This document shows positions 41,951 through 52,119 of a DNA stretch of 64,000 nucleotides, in pieces; the stretch's first letter is position 1; each line of letters starts with the position of its first letter. The stretch is taken from assembly GCA_964549615.1 (NCBI GenBank), contig CAZJVP010000011.1, positions 32,001-96,000 of the forward strand, in the 5' to 3' direction. Made by a program: the position numbers and the translations under genes. Source of the stretch: an uncultured Thermococci archaeon (lineage in GTDB: Archaea; CAYQAE01; CAYVLA01). The notes under the pieces were generated by a model, which worked only from the letters and a program-made list of their open reading frames with translations, was not told the origin of the DNA and made no database searches.

Positions 41951-41990
41951 TGACGGCAACCCGTCAGCGGCCATATGCCTTTATGTTTGA
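41951..41990 (-). promoter_or_regulatory. Promoter plus palindromic operator candidate
   Basis: TCAAACATAAA BRE/TATA followed by TGACGG-N4-CCGTCA palindrome (41951-41966). Confidence 0.55.
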
Positions 41991-42104
41991 CGGAGAGTGC
42001 TGGTCGCCGGCAAAAAGGAAAGCTCTTAGAAGGAGGCGCCGGAGGCACCGGGCATGAAGCCCTCGAATCACGGCATCGACATCAACGATGAATCCGGAAG
42101 GGAG

Positions 42105-45056
42105 ATGGCCCGCTCCACCGAGGAGATCAGGAGGGGCTTCGCGGACCCGCCGGTCTCATGTCGGCCCCACACGCGATGGTGGTGGATGGGCAATGCGATC
42201 ACGAAGGAGGACCTCACATGGCAGCTTGAACAGATGCACGAGAAGGGCATAGGCGGGGTCGAACAGGTGACCATAGAGCCGGTCTACGAAAAGGGCAATG
42301 TACCCTACCTTTCCGACGAGCATCTGGACCTCCTGGTCCATGCGATACGCGAGGCCAAGAGGCTGTGCATGGAGTTTTCGCTGAATTTTGGCGGCCCCGG
42401 TTGGGTTATCGGCGGCGCTTGGGTGAAGCCCTCCGACCGCAGCAAGAACATGGTGCCGACCGCCATGCGCCTTTCGGGTGGGCGGCTTTTCTCGGGCAAG
42501 CTGCCGACCAAGGTGGGGGAGGTGCCGAGGACCGGCGATCGGGCTGCTAGGGACGTGGGGCCTAGGGATAGGCTTGTGGCGGTCGTGGCTGGCAGGGTGG
42601 TTGATGGGCGTCTGGAGGAATCGTCCCTCGTGGATCTGACCTCCAAGGTCAGGGGTCGTTCCATCCGATGGCGTGTCCCTGAGGGCGAATGGAAGCTGAT
42701 GGCGTTCTGGTTGATGTACACCGGGCAAGGGCATGCTGTCGATCACTTCAACAAGCAGGCGATGGAGCGGTACTGCGAGTTCCTTGGCGGCAAGTTCAGG
42801 AAGGCCTTCGGAGAGGAGTTCGGGAGGACCGTGGAATCCTTCTTCATCGACAGCTTCGAGGTCGACCTTCTGCACAACGGCATATACTGGAGCGACGGCC
42901 TGCTGGCCGGATTCAAGGAGTTCAAGGGCTATGACTTGACCCGGTACCTGCCCGCCATCTGGTGGGACGTTGGGGCGATCACGCCCAAGATTCGCTACGA
43001 CGTGAACGAGTATCTGCACCATGTTGGGCTGGATGCCTTCTTCAAGACGTTCTTGGGCTGGTGCGAGAGAAACGGCGTGAAGGGGAGGATACAGCCCTAC
43101 GGCTTCGCGACCGACATACTACAGGGTGCCGGCATGGCGCATATCCCGGAGATGGAGGTCACTGCGGGCGAGAAGGATGCCGTTCCCTGGTTTGACACCA
43201 GGATTGGCCCCAAGAAGTACGTCGCCTCGGGCGCGCACCTGTACGGTCGCAACATCGTGAGCGTGGAGGCCTACACCTACATCCACTGGGAGACCTACCG
43301 GGCAACCCTCGAGGAGCTAAAGATCGCGAGCGACGACTTCCTCCGCAACGGCGCCAACAAGTTCTACAACCACGGCTACACGTGCTCGCCCGAGCGGGAC
43401 ATCGCGCCGTCGCGGCGCTTCGAGGCCGAGGTCCTCATCAACCATCAGAATATCTGGTGGAGGTACTACCCGCTTCTTAGCGACTACGTCGCGCGATGCT
43501 GCTACCTTTTACGGCAAGGCCGCACGGTGGCCGACGTGGCCGTGTACCTGCCGCTGGCCAACCAGTGGACCCTGGATGTCCGCAACCCGCGCAAGTGGAC
43601 GCGGGGATTCGACTGGGGCAGTCTTGGAAAGCTGCTCTGGGCCAACGGGTATGACTTCGACCTTGTGAACGATGACGTTCTTCTGAACCACGCAAGGATC
43701 GAGGATGGCGTGATACGGGTCCGCGACTTGGAGTACCGGGTTCTGCTCCTGCCGAACATCCAGGCCATGCCCTTGGAGAGCTTGGAGCGCATCCGGGACT
43801 GGGTCAAAGGAGGTGGAGTGGTGGTGGCGCTGGAGCGCGTCCCTGACTCGTCGGTTGGCTTGGAGGATTACGAACGCAAGGATGCGGCAGTTCGTGCCAT
43901 CGTCCGTGAGATGTTCGACACCCCTTCTTGGCGCGTCAACGAGACCGCGCCGAGGGATTATGGCAGGGGCAGGACATACCACATCCGCAACGTCATCGAC
44001 CGCTATGACGTTTTGGAATGGCACGCCAGCGCGCTCGATCCGTTCCTCAACGTTCTGCGGCGCCACATCCAGCCCGACATGGGAATAGACTTCGTGAGGG
44101 AGGGGATCCGGGAGAACGAGGGCCTCTGTTTCATCCACAGGCGCCTGCCGGGCAAGGAGATCTACTTCGTGGCAAACATCCAGGACCGGGCCATCGAGAT
44201 GCGCGTGTCATTCCGCGTAAGGGGGAAGGCCCCAACGGAGTGGAATCCCCACACCGGAGAAGTGAGGCGCGTCCTTGAGTACGAGGAGAAGGATGGCCTG
44301 ACTTGGATTCCCCTGCGCATGAAGCCGTACGATTCCACCTTCATCGTCTTTGACGAAGAGGTTGAGCCATACCGCCACGCGGTGGATATAAGTTTCAGCA
44401 GGGTTTTGGACGTCGATGAGGAGGGGGTCGAAGTTCTGGCCACCCGCAACGGCTTACAGATGGTGAGGCTCGACGATGGGACTTTGCTCCGCAAATTCGT
44501 GGAGGGAATCCCGGCGCCCCTTGCGGTGGATGGGGAGTGGCATCTCGAACTGGAAGGAACGGGCTCCCCACGCCTCTCGCTGAGCTTGCCCAGGCTCACC
44601 TCCTGGACAGAGGATCCGCGAACCAGGCATTTCAGCGGCACCGGAAGGTATCGGATCGAGTTCGACATTCCCCAGGTCTACCTGGAGGAAGGGCTACAGC
44701 TTGAGCTGGATCTGGGGGTGGTGGGCAACATCGCCGAGGTGGAGCTGAACGGGCGCCATATTGGCGTGGTCTGGATGCGGGGAAGGACCCTGGATATCAC
44801 GGGCATGGTGGCTGTCGGGCGAAACGTGCTCGTCATCGATGTGACCAACACCCTGATCAACCGGGTGTCCGGGCTAAAGGAGCTGCCGCCGGTACCCGAG
44901 CATCTGAGGGCTCGCTACGGAGGGGATCCCAGGGCAAGGACCTCAAGCTCGCGCATGCTCATCGGATACGAGCCCCTGCCGGTCTCCGGCCTCCTCGGCC
45001 CTGTGTTGATAAGGGCCTCAAGACGGGTGTTCATCCCCCTGACGCGGAGCCCCTGA
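42105..45056 (+). CDS. GH106-like alpha-L-rhamnosidase family glycoside hydrolase
   Basis: RPHTRWWWMG, GIGGVE, FIDSFE, SGAHLYG, FSGTGRY, SGLLGPV. Confidence 0.85.
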   Translation: MARSTEEIRRGFADPPVSCRPHTRWWWMGNAITKEDLTWQLEQMHEKGIGGVEQVTIEPVYEKGNVPYLSDEHLDLLVHAIREAKRLCMEFSLNFGGPGWVIGGAWVKPSDRSKNMVPTAMRLSGGRLFSGKLPTKVGEVPRTGDRAARDVGPRDRLVAVVAGRVVDGRLEESSLVDLTSKVRGRSIRWRVPEGEWKLMAFWLMYTGQGHAVDHFNKQAMERYCEFLGGKFRKAFGEEFGRTVESFFIDSFEVDLLHNGIYWSDGLLAGFKEFKGYDLTRYLPAIWWDVGAITPKIRYDVNEYLHHVGLDAFFKTFLGWCERNGVKGRIQPYGFATDILQGAGMAHIPEMEVTAGEKDAVPWFDTRIGPKKYVASGAHLYGRNIVSVEAYTYIHWETYRATLEELKIASDDFLRNGANKFYNHGYTCSPERDIAPSRRFEAEVLINHQNIWWRYYPLLSDYVARCCYLLRQGRTVADVAVYLPLANQWTLDVRNPRKWTRGFDWGSLGKLLWANGYDFDLVNDDVLLNHARIEDGVIRVRDLEYRVLLLPNIQAMPLESLERIRDWVKGGGVVVALERVPDSSVGLEDYERKDAAVRAIVREMFDTPSWRVNETAPRDYGRGRTYHIRNVIDRYDVLEWHASALDPFLNVLRRHIQPDMGIDFVREGIRENEGLCFIHRRLPGKEIYFVANIQDRAIEMRVSFRVRGKAPTEWNPHTGEVRRVLEYEEKDGLTWIPLRMKPYDSTFIVFDEEVEPYRHAVDISFSRVLDVDEEGVEVLATRNGLQMVRLDDGTLLRKFVEGIPAPLAVDGEWHLELEGTGSPRLSLSLPRLTSWTEDPRTRHFSGTGRYRIEFDIPQVYLEEGLQLELDLGVVGNIAEVELNGRHIGVVWMRGRTLDITGMVAVGRNVLVIDVTNTLINRVSGLKELPPVPEHLRARYGGDPRARTSSSRMLIGYEPLPVSGLLGPVLIRASRRVFIPLTRSP

Positions 45057-45160
45057 GGGATGGGCCCACCCCCGTTCCTGGGTTTCATCCTCTTTTGTCA
45101 ACCGACGGCGGACCCTGGGCCGACGCCCGGTTGCGAGGGCTTCTCCAACCAGCCGACATC

Positions 45161-46266
45161 CTATAGGAGCTTTGCCATCGTGCCCAACACGCCCGCCGTA
45201 ACTACTACCACCGACATGTTGACCTTCGGTTTCAAGGTGGCCAGAAAAGCTGCTGCCCCGATCGCGACTGTCAGAAGGTCGGGGAAGGCCGTCTGGGCCA
45301 TCGATGCCCCGGTGCCAAGAATGATCGCGACGGCCCCGACCTTGACGCCCTTCAGGAAGCCCTTCAGCCAAGGATCACTCCGCATGCGTCTGAAGAAGGG
45401 CGCAAGAAGGATGATTGTGAGGAACGGTGGAAAGAATACCGCCCAGAATGCAGCTGTCGCGCCCGGTATCCCTGCAACCTTGTAGCCGACAAAACCTGCC
45501 GTTTTCATCACAGGCCCAGGGCTTATCTGGCCCAGAGTGACACCATCGAAGAACTCCTTGTAACTCATCCAGCCGAAAAATTCCACGACGTCAGGGCCGG
45601 TCAAAGGAATGATCACAAGCCCCGTTCCGAACATCAGGCAGCTTGCTTTCAGGAACTCTAGGAACAGCTGCAGAATGAGAGGGAGCTTCCGGATGGTAAT
45701 GACCATCGTTGTAACCACCAGGGGCGTGAAAAAGAACGCGTTTGAGGTTTTCTTCGGGGAGGGGGCGTAGAGGAAGATCCCCGCCAATCCGGAGGAAACC
45801 AGTATGAGAGCAGTGTGATCAAGAACAGACACGCGAGCTTGGAATCAGTTATGGTCGACCTGCCCAGCCTGAGAACTGTGAGGAGTATGATTGCGACCAC
45901 GACGGGGTTGACGCCGTAGAAGAATCCGTCCACGCCCGGCATTTTCCCGTATCGAAAGTAGAACCAGCTTAGGCCTAGGATCATGATGAAGGACGGGATT
46001 ATGAAACCCAAGCCGGCCAGGATTCCTCCGAGCTTTCCAGCCTTGGCATGCCCTATGTGGATTGCCATCTCCGTCGCATTGGGGCCCGGGAGCATGTTCG
46101 TGACTCCAAGCATCTCGGCAAACTCCTCCTTGCTCAGCCACTTCCTCCTTTCGACGCAGTCGTCCTCCATCATCGAAATGTATGCTAGCGGGCCGCCGAA
46201 AGCTGCCCAAGAAAGTCTGAAGAAGTAAAGGAAGATGCTCGCGAGAGATGGGTGCCGCTGGTCCAT
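45161..46266 (-). pseudogene. chrA: Chromate transporter ChrA, frameshifted near 45810
   Basis: AFGGP, LPGPNATE in first half; FGTG, QISPGPV in second half in a different frame. Confidence 0.85.
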
Positions 46267-46760
46267 TTCTATGTCCGGTCCAGCCACTCTTATTGGGCCC
46301 GCCGCATGCGTGCTGGGCCAGGAACGCCGTTTCATGGATCCCGCATCTTCCCAGCGAGCTTCCTCCAAGAGGAATGTTAGCTCTTGCGGCCCTGATCACT
46401 CCATTCCTTTACGCGCTGTTTCCTGCTCTGCAGCGGATCAGGGGAGTTACCCGCCTAGGCCGTCACCCGCCATACGCGGCTTGGCAATAAGCCGAATCGC
46501 CGCCAACAGGACATCCCTTCCATTTTATTGGTGACAAAAATATTGTGCATACGCTTTGGCCTCGCAAATCGGTTATCGGCTTGTGCCTGCTCTTCGACTT
46601 TCTGGCCATGATAGGACAACCTCGCTGAGGACCCTGCCGCATCCGATGCCCTGCGACGTTTTTGCTCTTGACCAGGATGGCTGCTCCTGCACCTTGATCA
46701 TCGATCGTCGATCGTAAGAGTGTTAAGGGCTGGACGATTCGCGATCGTGGGTGACTGCCC

Positions 46761-48047
46761 TTGCGCGAAGCCCGTCATGCCCAGCTCAACGCCCTCGGTT
46801 TCCTACTGGGAATTGCCCTTGTTGGATTCCAGCTTGCCAACGTGCAGGGCTTGGACGACGGAAGGATCGGTGTGCTCTATGTTGGTTGCCTTGCGCGTTC
46901 CACCCCGTTCTGGTGGATGAGGTCCGATCCCCTCTTCTCCATGTACTTCGTTCAAGCGACCCTGCGAGACTGGGCGAATTGGGGTCCAACCCAGCAGGCG
47001 ATCTCGGAGCTGCAGGTCTTCAGGATGATCAGGCTGTACATGCCCCGTTCCTACCACGACCTGACATCGCGTTTCGATGTCCTGATCATGGCCAACGCCA
47101 ACAGGGAGGCGGTGACCCCGCACAACACGGAGATGCTTGCCCGGGGAGTTCGAGAGGGGGGTATGGGGTTCGTCATGTGCGGCGGGTGGGAGAGCTTCGG
47201 CGGCGCGTTCTCCCGTCCCTCGTGGGGAGACACATCCATAGGGGCACTCTTGCCCACAAACGATGTGCCCGGAACCTACGTGCTGCAGCCCGCCGGCGAC
47301 CTGCGTCTCATCATAGACAAGCCCGACAACGAGTTCATCAAGAGCATTCCCTGGGACCCAACCCAACCCTTCATGACGAACTTCGAACACAACATCGTGA
47401 CGGCAAAGGAGGGGGCAAACGTCCTGGCACATGTGGAGAGCACCTTCTTCAAGGATCACCCGGGCATGGTTACGTGGGAGATCGAGGGCGGGGTAAGGAC
47501 CTTCGCCATAACGGGTGAGATCATCGGTCCAGGATCCGAGCCAGGCCAGGTCCACACCATGTGTTACCGCGGAGGGCCCTGGAAGTACGCCATCGACTTC
47601 GGATGCAATCTCATGATCTACCTAGATCGTCGCCCTGTGCCCCAGGATGTGGAGCTCGTGCATGCGGTGAGGTCAATCATGTTCGATACGAGCACGAGGA
47701 GGACGCTTCTGGTCGGGCTCCTGGAGTTCTGCGACTCATTTGGCGCGAACACAGACAGGATCGTATCGAAGATGGACGAGGCGCAGGATCTGATATCGGC
47801 GGCAATCCCGAGCTACCTTGAGCTTCGCTTCGAGGAGGTCTTGGAAGCCTACGAGAAGGTTGGGGCGATGCTTTTGCAGATCGAAGAGGAGGCCGTCCGG
47901 CTGAAGAACCGAACCTTGACCTGGGTCTACGCGATTGAGTGGATGGCCGTGACCGGCACATCCCTGGTCTGCGGCGTCGTCCTGTGGTCGCTCATGATAC
48001 GCCGGAGGTTTTACAGGGAAGTCCAAACTACGAAGCTTCTCATCTAG
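46761..48047 (+). CDS. Stalked membrane-anchored surface protein, family paralog 8 (LDDGRIGVLYVGC subfamily)
   Basis: Signal peptide; RLYMPRSY; GGWESFGG; EFCDSFGANT; WVYAIEW...WSLMIRRRFYREVQTTK. Confidence 0.87.
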   Translation: MREARHAQLNALGFLLGIALVGFQLANVQGLDDGRIGVLYVGCLARSTPFWWMRSDPLFSMYFVQATLRDWANWGPTQQAISELQVFRMIRLYMPRSYHDLTSRFDVLIMANANREAVTPHNTEMLARGVREGGMGFVMCGGWESFGGAFSRPSWGDTSIGALLPTNDVPGTYVLQPAGDLRLIIDKPDNEFIKSIPWDPTQPFMTNFEHNIVTAKEGANVLAHVESTFFKDHPGMVTWEIEGGVRTFAITGEIIGPGSEPGQVHTMCYRGGPWKYAIDFGCNLMIYLDRRPVPQDVELVHAVRSIMFDTSTRRTLLVGLLEFCDSFGANTDRIVSKMDEAQDLISAAIPSYLELRFEEVLEAYEKVGAMLLQIEEEAVRLKNRTLTWVYAIEWMAVTGTSLVCGVVLWSLMIRRRFYREVQTTKLLI

Positions 48048-48140
48048 CGTGCGAATCGATCGTCGTGCCCCGGGGGCCAAGGGGGAAACCCATAAGAGCA
48101 GGCGGCGGGAGCTCGCCTGAAGCATTTCTTCGAGGGAGGC

Positions 48141-49133
48141 TTGTTGTTCTCCTCGACCCCAATGGATATGGTGACGGTCGCCGTCGAACTCGTGTCTATC
48201 CTCCTAGTAGCTACCATCGTCCTTCTGCTCCTGACGAGGCTGCTGCGAAGATCCCTAGCGCGCGTGGGCTTGGGTGACGAATGGGTCCGCGCGGGCAACT
48301 GGGCGCTTACCATCGCAGTGTACATCGTGGCCCTGGACGTGATACTGGAGCTCTTTCATTTCGATCTGAAGGCTTTCCTATTCTCCTCGCCGTATTCCTC
48401 TCCCGCCCAGGCGGGCTTGGTCGTCCTGGGGGCAACGATCCTCGCCAAGGTGCTCACGACGGCCTTGGAGAAATCGGCCAGCCGACTCGGCGTCGAGCTT
48501 ACCGTCCGCCGGACCGCGAACAGGGTTCTGACGACGGTCATCTACCTCGTCGCACTGGTGATAGTCTTCGCGATCTTCAAAATCAACCTGGGCGGATTGG
48601 TGACCGCCGGCGGGCTCGTCACCGCGGCCATAGTCTTCGCCACCGGACAGATAATAAACAACCTCGTCTCAGGCATCTTCATAGTCACAGGAAAGACCTT
48701 CGAGACCGGGGACGTCATACAGGTCGGCGCAGACAGGGGTCGCGTTGAGAAGGTGAGCATCAGGACTACCACGATAGTGACCGAGGACGGCAAGAACATG
48801 ATCATACCCAACCTACAGTTCGTCACAAGCCCGGTGATCAACTACACGAAGGCCAAGAAAGCGAACGTAAGGGTAGCCGTGAACTTCAACGTGAAAAGGG
48901 GGGCGAAGGATCTTCCGGAGGTGAAGAAGATCCTCAAGGACACGCTCGTGAAGTACTTCACTTACAGGGGAGTCAACAATCCTAGCCTCTTCCTGCGCGG
49001 GATCACGGCCGGGTTCTACTCCTTCACGGCTTATGTCTGGGTCAGTGAGCCTTCCAAGATCGACCGGATAACCGACGAGGTCCTTGAAAGGCTCAAGGCC
49101 GCCATGGACGCGGAGGGCCTGGAGTTCATCTAG
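48141..49133 (+). CDS. mscS: Small-conductance mechanosensitive channel family protein
   Basis: NLVSGIFI, FETGDVI, GRVEKVSIRTT, IIPN, VINYT. Confidence 0.9.
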   Translation: MLFSSTPMDMVTVAVELVSILLVATIVLLLLTRLLRRSLARVGLGDEWVRAGNWALTIAVYIVALDVILELFHFDLKAFLFSSPYSSPAQAGLVVLGATILAKVLTTALEKSASRLGVELTVRRTANRVLTTVIYLVALVIVFAIFKINLGGLVTAGGLVTAAIVFATGQIINNLVSGIFIVTGKTFETGDVIQVGADRGRVEKVSIRTTTIVTEDGKNMIIPNLQFVTSPVINYTKAKKANVRVAVNFNVKRGAKDLPEVKKILKDTLVKYFTYRGVNNPSLFLRGITAGFYSFTAYVWVSEPSKIDRITDEVLERLKAAMDAEGLEFI

Positions 49134-49231
49134 GCACTGTGCGCGATTTCCGGGGTTGGGTGTGTCGTCGTCGCAACAGGGAGGCAGATGTCGACGGATT
49201 TTTTGGAAAGGTCGTGGGCTGGCGGAAGGGC

Positions 49232-50404
49232 ATGGAAGCAAAAGCGATTGTGAAAAGGATTCTGGAAGAGTTCTGGAGGATACCCCTTTTCGACGTGCAC
49301 AGCCACTTTTGCTCGGAGTCCGGCCCAGTGGAAAGCGTCGACTCCTACATCGCAAACTGGACCCAGCCGGAGACCCGGCCACCGGAGGTCGAGGATCGGG
49401 GAATGGGAGCATGGCGGATGGAGCGGTGGCCCATGAAGAGATCGCTCTGGATGAGCCGTGCATTCCGAGCCGCGCTTGGTGAGCTCTACGGCACTGAAAA
49501 CGCGTTTGAGATCTGCAGGGCGATGAACGGGGTCAGGAATGGCGGCCTCCTGGCCGCTATCGACTGGATGCGACGCAAGGCCAACGTCGAGGTCATCGTC
49601 GTGGACTCCAACCCACAGCTTGCCTCGAGGGACAACCGCATCATCTCGACCTACCATCTCAACGCGAGGGTGATCCTTCACCGGGCATGCGACCTTGCCT
49701 CGGTGGTTGATGGACTTGAGGCCGAGATCGAGAGGGGCCGCAATGCGGGGTCGATGGGCTGCCTGAAGGTCGCAATGGCCTATGATCGGTCGCTGTGCAT
49801 CGAAGAGGCGGGTTACGAGGAGGCAGCGAGCGCGGCGCTCAAGGATCCCGCACATAGATCGCCGGATGAACAGAAGCTGGCCGAGGACTACCTCTATCGC
49901 CATTTCTTCAGCAAGGCTGCGGACTGGTCCATGCCGGTCGAAATCCATACGGGCTTCGGCTGGGCAATTCACGACCGGCCTCTCAGGCTGTCCGAGGCCG
50001 ATCCGGAGAACCTGCTGCCGATCTTGGAGGACGCAGGCTACCGAAAGACCAAGTTCGTGCTCTTCCACGGCGGCTACCCCTTCCTGAGCAAGATGGGCTA
50101 CATCGCCGGGACCTTCTCGAACGTGTATCTCGACTTCACATGTCTGTGTCCGGAGTCCTGGACGGTTCTCAAGCACGCGCTTCACGAGTGGATCGACATC
50201 GTGCCCATGGACAAGATCGTCACGGGCAGCGATGGAAGCTACGAGTGGCTGTACTTTGCCGCGAAGTACAATAGGGAGTGCCTTGCAGAGGTGCTCGGCG
50301 AGAAGGTCTGCTCCGAGCACATGGACCTGGACCTGGCCTTGGACGTTGGAAGGCATGTCCTCCGCGAGAATGCCCGCAGGGTGTTTGGGGCTGAAAGCTC
50401 GTAG
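49232..50404 (+). CDS. Amidohydrolase family protein
   Basis: DVHSH, EIHTG, LFHGGYP, GSDG. Confidence 0.85.
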   Translation: MEAKAIVKRILEEFWRIPLFDVHSHFCSESGPVESVDSYIANWTQPETRPPEVEDRGMGAWRMERWPMKRSLWMSRAFRAALGELYGTENAFEICRAMNGVRNGGLLAAIDWMRRKANVEVIVVDSNPQLASRDNRIISTYHLNARVILHRACDLASVVDGLEAEIERGRNAGSMGCLKVAMAYDRSLCIEEAGYEEAASAALKDPAHRSPDEQKLAEDYLYRHFFSKAADWSMPVEIHTGFGWAIHDRPLRLSEADPENLLPILEDAGYRKTKFVLFHGGYPFLSKMGYIAGTFSNVYLDFTCLCPESWTVLKHALHEWIDIVPMDKIVTGSDGSYEWLYFAAKYNRECLAEVLGEKVCSEHMDLDLALDVGRHVLRENARRVFGAESS

Positions 50405-50470
50405 GGGCATGCGGGAGCGCGATGGCGCGGCCCTGCAAGGTCGCCCCCATAGGAGGGTTTCATGAGTAGG

Positions 50471-50683
50471 CTATCGCCGCGTCTCCTTGTCGGCGTTCAT
50501 CTGATCAACGTTGCCGGAGCGGCGTTGCGACCTCGAATACATGCATCCAAGCCTCTGGTGATAGGTCGGACATAGGTCTGGGTGATGGTCGGACACGTGA
50601 CCGCAGCTGCACCTGTAGTTGTTTTCTGAGGGGTCGTACTTCATCTGTATCTCGCCGCAGACCGGGCATCGCGCCTTCTTCAC
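50471..50683 (-). CDS. Small Cys/His-rich zinc-finger protein
   Basis: CPVC...CSCGH...CPTYH...C; start overlaps stop of KaiC-like gene. Confidence 0.65.
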   Translation of the reverse strand: MKKARCPVCGEIQMKYDPSENNYRCSCGHVSDHHPDLCPTYHQRLGCMYSRSQRRSGNVDQMNADKETRR

Positions 50684-52119
50684 TACAACACCTCGCCCGC
50701 GATCCTAATGGATATGCCCATTCTCGATGACTGGTCGATGATTAAGAAGCTTTCCCCCGGCGCCTCCGCCTTCGGGGTCAACCTTGCTCCCAGCTTCTCG
50801 AAGTCTAGGACCACCTGCTCGTTCCGCTCCTTCCTCATCTTGAGGACGCAGTCGAAGAGCTCCTCAAAGATGAGCGGGCCCGTCTGGCCCTCGGATTCCG
50901 GAGGGTTGAATACGAAAAGCGAGGTGCAATCTCGGCTCCTCAGAAGGTGTATCATCTCGAGCATGAAGGGGTATATCTTCTCCGTTGGGGACGACGCGGT
51001 GTAGGCGGAGAGGACGTCCACCAGCGCCCTTTTCCTTTCGGTCCCCATCGAGTCCAACGCCCTGGAGATCGCCACGTTTACGACCGACGGATCCACGGGG
51101 GAAATGATCGTGTCTCCGCGCGTCTCCAGGGCCGGGATCTCCTTGAACCGGGCCGTGTAGCAGTCCACAAGCTTGAGTTCACCCGGCATTCCCTTCACCT
51201 TAAGATCCGTCGCTATCTGGTCCGGGGAGCGGGTTGCCGAGACGACCAGGCATCCATCGCCGTTCCGCATGCCAGCCCTTATGAAGGCTAGGGCCATGCG
51301 CTCACGTTCGCCGATCGGACTGCCGAGGACAAGGACCGCTACCCCGTTAGGCAGCCCTCCTCCCAGGGCCTTGTCCAAGCTCACCAATCCGGTTGAAGTT
51401 CTATCGGTGAGTAGCCCTCCGGCCAGTCGGAAGAAGAGGCCCTCGTCTATGAGGAAGTCCCTGTACCTGTTGACGGTACCTCCGCACCTTGCCCTAAGTG
51501 CAGTTGCGAGGTCCTTGCGGTGCTGCACGTTTCCTGCAGAGGCGAAGTGCTCGACCAAGCCATCCAGAAAACGAACCAGCGGCTCTGGGTCCAACCTAGA
51601 CCCGCCTATTCTCAGGATCGTTTCCATGTCAAGTTTAAGCTCTCCGCGTTTTGTGAAGTGGGCGCGGGCTAGGACGGGGTTCGTGAGCGAGACGCGATCG
51701 AGCACGCTGTTGAGCTTCTGTTCTCCCTCGATGGCGACGATGGGCTTGGCCAGATCCTCGTATATCTGACCGAAGAAGCTTATCATGATGTGATTCTCGG
51801 AGGGCAGCGGGAACCCGGGATCGAAATCTCCTGTGGTGGCGATCTCCTCCATCCTCCTCCGGTTTTTTTCTCCCCAGTAGAGGAAGAATGGGAATCCGAA
51901 TGACTGTATGAGGAGGAAGGAAGCCGCTCTTCCGGGGTCTCCGTCAGGGTAGCCGGAGAAGAGGATGAGAGATGAGCCGAGAACTAGGACGACCGGTGGC
52001 AGCATGGCGAGGTGGCAGGGGTACCTCGTCCTGGCGTAGGATTGGAGGAACCCGGCTACCCCTATGGCCAGCACAGTTATCGCTAAGACCTCACCCGACG
52101 CTGCTAGGGGGCTCAGCAA
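50683..52119 (-). CDS. Membrane-anchored KaiC/RAD55-like RecA-fold protein with degenerate Walker A
   Basis: TTG after GGAGGTGGAGG; 3 TM, helical linker, STGLVSLDKALGGGLP, GSPIGERE in place of GxxGxGK[ST], VDCYT, VDVLS. Confidence 0.8.
   Translation of the reverse strand: MLSPLAASGEVLAITVLAIGVAGFLQSYARTRYPCHLAMLPPVVLVLGSSLILFSGYPDGDPGRAASFLLIQSFGFPFFLYWGEKNRRRMEEIATTGDFDPGFPLPSENHIMISFFGQIYEDLAKPIVAIEGEQKLNSVLDRVSLTNPVLARAHFTKRGELKLDMETILRIGGSRLDPEPLVRFLDGLVEHFASAGNVQHRKDLATALRARCGGTVNRYRDFLIDEGLFFRLAGGLLTDRTSTGLVSLDKALGGGLPNGVAVLVLGSPIGERERMALAFIRAGMRNGDGCLVVSATRSPDQIATDLKVKGMPGELKLVDCYTARFKEIPALETRGDTIISPVDPSVVNVAISRALDSMGTERKRALVDVLSAYTASSPTEKIYPFMLEMIHLLRSRDCTSLFVFNPPESEGQTGPLIFEELFDCVLKMRKERNEQVVLDFEKLGARLTPKAEAPGESFLIIDQSSRMGISIRIAGEVL

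Noticed and set aside
130-48047. Diversity-generating retroelement acting on the paralogs
   Set aside because: No reverse transcriptase and no near-identical template/variable repeat pair; differences are not adenine-specific.
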